From positions 1 through 32,322 of the forward strand of contig JBGQMY010000012.1 in the NCBI GenBank assembly GCA_041500865.1: a stretch of 32,322 nt of DNA, written 5' to 3'. Positions 27,687 through 32,322 of this stretch are shown piece after piece. A program made the translations under genes and the position numbers. Source of the stretch: Candidatus Micrarchaeia archaeon (GTDB lineage: Archaea > Micrarchaeota > Micrarchaeia > Anstonellales > J096). The notes beneath the pieces are model-generated. The model was not told where the DNA came from. It saw only the letters and a program-made list of their open reading frames with translations, and ran no database searches. The first letter of the stretch is position 1; each line of letters begins with the position of its first letter.

Positions 27687-28043
27687 ATGGACCGCAAGGG
27701 CCAGGCGTCAATAGAATACCTTCTCCTTTTTGCAGTTAGCCTAGTGATTGTGCTAATCGTCATCAATGCGCTAATGGGCCTTTCCGGCGCAGTGGAAAAA
27801 TACAACGGCAGGCAGCATTCCCTGCTTGCCAAGGATGCCCTGCTTTCGGCAGCAAGGGACGCATGCTATATCGGAGAAGGCACCTCTTTTGCCGTTGAAT
27901 TGAACGACAAGGTAAACGTGACGGAAAAGGAGATAAACGGCATCCCGTATGAGTTGCCGTGCGGGATTGAGAAAGGGAATTATGAAGGCAATGTCCTGGT
28001 GAAAAATGAAGGAAACTCCATCACGGTTTCTTCTGTCAAATGA
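27687..28043 (+). CDS. Class III signal peptide (type IV pilin-like) protein
   Basis: MDRKG/QASIEYLLLFAVSLVIVLIVI. Confidence 0.88.
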   Translation: MDRKGQASIEYLLLFAVSLVIVLIVINALMGLSGAVEKYNGRQHSLLAKDALLSAARDACYIGEGTSFAVELNDKVNVTEKEINGIPYELPCGIEKGNYEGNVLVKNEGNSITVSSVK

Positions 28044-28082
28044 CACACATTTTTAAACATTATTAAACATATAACACATGAT

Positions 28083-28719
28083 ATGAAATCGGCATTAAAG
28101 GAAAAAAGGCACAATGTGCGCAAACTATTTGGCAGAAGGGAACCGTTGGACGGCAATTTGCCAAAGGCAAGTATTATAGAATGGCTTCCATGAGTGCAGT
28201 CCTGCCATCGCCTACAAAGGGAAGATGGAAGGCAGGAAAGAGCCAGTGGCACTGAAGGTATCAAGAGACTACGGAGCTCTAAGCAGAAAAGCATGGGAAG
28301 AGGAATTGGAAAAATCAAAAGAGCTGAGCACGCTGCTCCCCAACGCGGCATCATATTATTCCATGGTGGAGGTGCAATACCAGCCTGATTGCCCTGCATT
28401 TGCAATGGAAATTGTTTTCGGATATCCCGTACTGGACAGGAATTTAGGGTGCCTTGATGCAGGCAGGGTAAGGCATCTGCTAAGCAAAAGAGCCATGGAC
28501 CAGCTGGCGGCGTCCCTGAAAATCGCCGCATCCAACGGCTGGGGCGCAGAAGACCTGCAGTATTTTGTGCTTTTGGAAGGCCAAACTCTGAATGGGAAAG
28601 CGCACAAGAAAGGGGACCTGATTCTGTTTGACTTTTACGATTGGTATCAGTCAGAAAAAGAGCCTAAATTCGATTTTAGTGCGCAGGTCGAGAGACTAAA
28701 AAAGATTGTTATAATGTAA
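28083..28719 (+). pseudogene. Protein-kinase-like gene with a probable +1 frameshift near 28186-28193 (or an intact short CDS from 28225)
   Basis: The promoter-proximal ATG 28083 frame stops at CTT CCA TGA. The +1 frame reads HECSPAIAYKGKMEGRKEPVALKVS...FAME...GWGAEDLQYFV...LILFDF. Confidence 0.55.
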
Positions 28720-28743
28720 AAAATGAAATAAAAATAGGCTGAT

Positions 28744-29274
28744 TCACTTCTTCCCGAACTTCTCAACGTACATCTGTAGCGACTTGTTGAAAACCCTTTC
28801 GGCCTCCTTCCTGTCAAACCAGCCGACAACGTCGGAGAACTTGCCCTTCTCAAGGTCCTTATACCTCTGGAAGAAATGCTGCAGCTCGTCCAAGAACGCC
28901 TCAGGCACGTCGTAGACGTCGTTGACCTTCAGGTAATATGGGTCGTCGTTCGGTATGCAAAGCAGCTTGTCGTCTATGCCGTGCTCGTCCTTCATCCTGA
29001 ACACGCCTATTGCCCTGCACTCTATGACGCATCCGGGGAACGTAGGATACCGGGTCATGGCCATGCCGTCTATCGGGTCGTCGTCCTCGTACCATGTGTG
29101 CGGCACGAAGCCGTATTCTATGGGATAATGGAACGGCGAGTGCAGTATCCTGTCGTGTCTGAATATCTCCTTCTTGAAGTCATACTCGTACTTGTTCCGG
29201 CTTCCCTTCGGTATCTCAACAACCACGTTCATCTTGCCAAACGTTCCACTTTCCAAGTCATGCAGCATGTTCAT
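28744..29274 (-). CDS. ppa: Inorganic pyrophosphatase (family I)
   Basis: VEIPKGSRNKYEYD, YGFVPHT..DDDPID, DDKLL, HFFQRYKDLE. Confidence 0.96.
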   Translation of the reverse strand: MNMLHDLESGTFGKMNVVVEIPKGSRNKYEYDFKKEIFRHDRILHSPFHYPIEYGFVPHTWYEDDDPIDGMAMTRYPTFPGCVIECRAIGVFRMKDEHGIDDKLLCIPNDDPYYLKVNDVYDVPEAFLDELQHFFQRYKDLEKGKFSDVVGWFDRKEAERVFNKSLQMYVEKFGKK

Positions 29275-30947
29275 TTTTGCTCACCTTTTTTGCCTCTCTC
29301 TATAATGCCTTCCACAATCGCGCTGTATGCCGGCCTTGACAGCAGGACGCCCAGCATGTAAGCGAATATGGACGATACCGCAAAGCCGACGACCTCGACT
29401 ATGTTGACGAAAAACAGCGGAAGCATGGACACGGTCGCAACCAGCGCGTTGTTGTTTATTATGCTGAACGCGCGCTTTATCGCGTCCTTCTTGTCCTCCC
29501 TCCTCAGCAGCTCGCCCGTTATGACGATTTGCGCGTCCACGCTTATTCCGGCCGAGGCTATGATGCCTGCCATGGCCGGCAGGTCTATCGTGAACGAGCC
29601 CACTATCGAAATCAGTATCGCCAGCTCCGCTACCGTTATTATCAGCATGGGCAATACCAGGTCGAGCCTCCTGCTGAACGCTATCGTCAGGAAAATGATT
29701 ACCGCGACTATGCTGGCAAGTATGGCTATCATGGAATAGTTGAGGAACTTTGCGCCCAGCGTTGACGGTATGTACGTCTTGCTGCCTGCGCTGAGCTTGA
29801 CCGGGAATGCCCCGCCCTTCAGCACGGACATTATCGTCTTTGCCTCGTCGTCGGCAGCCACCGACCTTTGCAGGGCGCTGCCCTGCAGCGGCGCGTTGCC
29901 CGTGATGGTGTAGCTCATCGATATGCTGCCTTTTGTTATGTCCGGGGACAGGACCGGCGCGGATATCATGCCGATGGCCTTCCACCCCTGGACAAACAGC
30001 ATTGAGCCGGACGAGAACTTGGGATACATGTCTTCCGCCGAATAGGAGACGACCCTCGCCCCCCTCGCCCTCAGCTCCTGCTCCAGCGTCGTGTTGCCTT
30101 CAACGACGTACGTGGTGTTGGAGCTCATGTTCCCCGAAAGCACAATGCTGTCGTCATAGTCAAGGTTGACCTTGCCCGCCTCGTTGTCAAGCGCATCATC
30201 AAGCGCTATTATCACGTTGTCAAAGTCCGACGTGACGTTTGAGGTTATGTCGGACAGCTTTTCCCTGTTGAGCACAATCGTTGCGCCAACCGGCATGTCC
30301 AGGTACATGTAAAGCGGATAATTGCCCTTGCCCTTCACCTTGTCCGCGAAGTCCTTTGCCGCGTCCGGCGTTATGCTGAATGCCACGCCCCAGTCAGCCC
30401 CGTTCTGCGCCGCATACGATGCCGGTATCTGGTATACCGTGCCTGGCAGTATGTCCGTTCCGCTTATGACGACTTTTCCGTCAACCACTCCCTTGTACAC
30501 GCCCTGCTGGGTTATTGTGCTCTCTATCTTCTTCAGCGTTTCCGCGTTGTCGGAAGGCACCTCTATGAATATCCTGTCGTTGCCTATCGCCTGGACCTGC
30601 ACCTGCTCCAGCCCGAGCGTTGACGTGCGGGTCTTGAGGCTGTTGACTATGTTCTGCATCTCCGCTACGCTGACGGGCTTGTCGAGCGTCACAGGTATCC
30701 TGGTGCCGCCTGCGAAGTCTATGCCCCACCTTATGCCGTTCAGGTAGATGTTTGAAACGCTCAAAAGGAACAGCAGGACGAGCGCCATTAGTTTTACATT
30801 CTTCTCGTTGGAAGTGAATGAAACATATCCATAGGTTATGAGCACTATGAGCATTATGAAGTTGTTTACCGTCTTGTAGACCGCAAGCCCGGCAAGGAAG
30901 GCTACAAAGAGCCCGAGCAGCAGCATGTATTTCTTGTCCATGGTCAC
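29271..30947 (-). CDS. secD: Protein translocase subunit SecD
   Basis: GIDFAGGTRI, large extracellular domain, GAFPV, PSTLG, IDLPAMAGIIASAGISVDAQIVI. Confidence 0.9.
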   Translation of the reverse strand: MTMDKKYMLLLGLFVAFLAGLAVYKTVNNFIMLIVLITYGYVSFTSNEKNVKLMALVLLFLLSVSNIYLNGIRWGIDFAGGTRIPVTLDKPVSVAEMQNIVNSLKTRTSTLGLEQVQVQAIGNDRIFIEVPSDNAETLKKIESTITQQGVYKGVVDGKVVISGTDILPGTVYQIPASYAAQNGADWGVAFSITPDAAKDFADKVKGKGNYPLYMYLDMPVGATIVLNREKLSDITSNVTSDFDNVIIALDDALDNEAGKVNLDYDDSIVLSGNMSSNTTYVVEGNTTLEQELRARGARVVSYSAEDMYPKFSSGSMLFVQGWKAIGMISAPVLSPDITKGSISMSYTITGNAPLQGSALQRSVAADDEAKTIMSVLKGGAFPVKLSAGSKTYIPSTLGAKFLNYSMIAILASIVAVIIFLTIAFSRRLDLVLPMLIITVAELAILISIVGSFTIDLPAMAGIIASAGISVDAQIVITGELLRREDKKDAIKRAFSIINNNALVATVSMLPLFFVNIVEVVGFAVSSIFAYMLGVLLSRPAYSAIVEGIIERGKKGEQK

Positions 30948-32014
30948 TGCCCCCTCCTAAAAACCTTCAGCAGAAGCACGGCATTGATGCCCCAGGTAGA
31001 AAACAGGTCTCCGCAAAGGCCCATCAGCATTGTGGACGATATCTGGTTGTATACGGGTATCTTCAGCAGCCACGATATGTAGAACAGCACGCCGAAGGAG
31101 AGCATCCCTGAAAACGTCATGAGGACGCCGCTGTGCATCGCGTTCCATGCGCTGTCCTCGACGGTCTCATCCCTGCTTTTCTTGAGGATGTTTGTCGTAA
31201 GCAGGATGTCCGTGTCAAGCGAATAGCCGATGAGGCTTAACAGTGCCGAGAAGCTCGCCAGCGTCAAGGGTATCTGGAAGAACGCCATCAGCCCGACCGC
31301 TATCGTTATGTCCGCAAAGGCGCCGCTCAGCACCGCGACGCTCGGCCCCGGATTCCTGAACAGCACGAAAACCAGCAATATGGAGAATATGGCCGACATT
31401 ATGGCTGCCTGCGTGGCCTTGCCTATCATGGAAAGGCTTAGCGTCGGCGTGACCGTCTGGAAGCTGAAGCTGTCAATCGATATCTGCGTGGTGAGCGCGT
31501 CCTTTATGCCGTTCTCGTAGTCCGACCTTATCTTGTCGTACATTGCGTCGAACTGGTTCAGGTATTCCCTCGGGTTCTTCACAGTCCTGTTATAGGGCAT
31601 GCCGGAAATGTTCCCGGACTTGTCCAGTATTCCGAATATCCCGTTCTGTTCCGCCGAATAGTCCTTGCCTGCGGCCATCTCCGCCGAGAGGTTGTCCACC
31701 AGGTCGCTTATGCTGTTTTTCTGCGTCTCTATGTATTCTATGTTTTCGGTGTTCGGGACCTCTATCTCCAGCCTGTAGCCGTAAGGCGTCTGGTAGTTCT
31801 GTATATTCGCTTCGGAGAATCCGCTCTGCCTGAGCTTGTCCTCTATGATGGATGAATCGACCTGCTGCGAAGTGTCCACTATGACAAGCGTGCCGCCCTT
31901 GAACTCGACGCCGTATTTCAGATTGTTCAGATTGAGCAGCGAAAACGCTATCAGCAGCACCGCGGCAGCGGTGAAAACCAGGTATAGCCTGTTCTTGTAA
32001 ATGTTGGTCTCCAT
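30944..32014 (-). CDS. secF: Protein translocase subunit SecF
   Basis: GVEFKGGT, VTPTLS, LFR, LIGYSLDTDILLT. Confidence 0.9.
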   Translation of the reverse strand: METNIYKNRLYLVFTAAAVLLIAFSLLNLNNLKYGVEFKGGTLVIVDTSQQVDSSIIEDKLRQSGFSEANIQNYQTPYGYRLEIEVPNTENIEYIETQKNSISDLVDNLSAEMAAGKDYSAEQNGIFGILDKSGNISGMPYNRTVKNPREYLNQFDAMYDKIRSDYENGIKDALTTQISIDSFSFQTVTPTLSLSMIGKATQAAIMSAIFSILLVFVLFRNPGPSVAVLSGAFADITIAVGLMAFFQIPLTLASFSALLSLIGYSLDTDILLTTNILKKSRDETVEDSAWNAMHSGVLMTFSGMLSFGVLFYISWLLKIPVYNQISSTMLMGLCGDLFSTWGINAVLLLKVFRRGQ

Positions 32015-32048
32015 CTTCGCTATGACCTCTTGCAGCCCGCTTTCCGAT

Positions 32049-32144
32049 TGTCCCGGCTTGGGTTTGACCCTTCCGGTTCTCGCCCTATAGGTTCTGGTTT
32101 GCTCCGACCGGGGTTCGCCCCCTCCGGGTTCTCACCCCTCATGG
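32049..32144 (-). repeat. Two degenerate tandem units (51-54-bp period), each ending in a copy of the tRNA-Glu 3' end
   Basis: 32100-32117 is identical to 32154-32171 (18 bp); 32049-32091 is a diverged copy of 32100-32144. Confidence 0.85.
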
Positions 32145-32153
32145 CCGACAACA

Positions 32154-32226
32154 TGCTCCGACCGGGGTTCGAACCCGGGTCGCTGGCTTGAAAGGCCAGC
32201 ATCCTTGACCACTAGACGATCGGAGC
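32154..32226 (-). tRNA. tRNA-Glu(TTC)
   Basis: GCTCCGATCGTCTAGTGGTCAAGGATGCTGGCCTTTCAAGCCAGCGACCCGGGTTCGAACCCCGGTCGGAGCA folds as a cloverleaf. Confidence 0.96.
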
Positions 32227-32322
32227 CCTGATCCTCGGATTGTTTTTAGGTGTTCTTTAATCCTGAACAGGGTTTAAAAACATAGTGGATATCCCAGAAC
32301 GCCACAAACCCACGGAATAGGA

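Noticed and set aside
32049..32171. CRISPR mini-array
   Set aside because: The repeat is a tRNA end, the spacers are homologous to each other, and there are no cas genes.
32020..32202. 60-aa ORF overlapping tRNA-Glu
   Set aside because: It is a translation of the tRNA and its repeats.

Overview
Archaeal chromosomal window, most likely a DPANN lineage such as Micrarchaeota. The inference rests on a divergent, unlinked 16S and a separate 5S, archaeal TyrRS/IleRS, Cdc6, L40e, TYW1, archease, HerA, class III pilins and TATA promoters close to start codons. Core content: tyrS, nucleotide kinase, eno, K+ channel, ileS, KaiC-like ATPase, U32 protein, nitroreductase, TPR protein, TraX-like acyltransferase, tRNA-Lys, rpl40e, cdc6, 5S, archease, TYW1, MazG-like, CYTH, a 16S with a canonical BHB processing stem, herA, two pilins, ppa, secD, secF and tRNA-Glu. 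The most notable non-core signals are: (1) a dispersed family of singly transcribed ankyrin genes with a shared promoter layout, basic N-terminal leaders and a conserved C-terminal F-x-x-S-F-x-E-C motif, plus a methyltransferase with a related leader and ankyrin remnant and a frameshifted kinase-like gene (effector-repertoire hypothesis); (2) copies of tRNA ends around both tRNAs, including tandem 3'-end repeats in the secF leader and a stem enclosing tRNA-Lys; (3) a large surface protein in which passenger domains are nested inside Ig-like domains. No CRISPR array, integrase, transposase or reverse transcriptase was found. All calls were made by eye; no searches were run.
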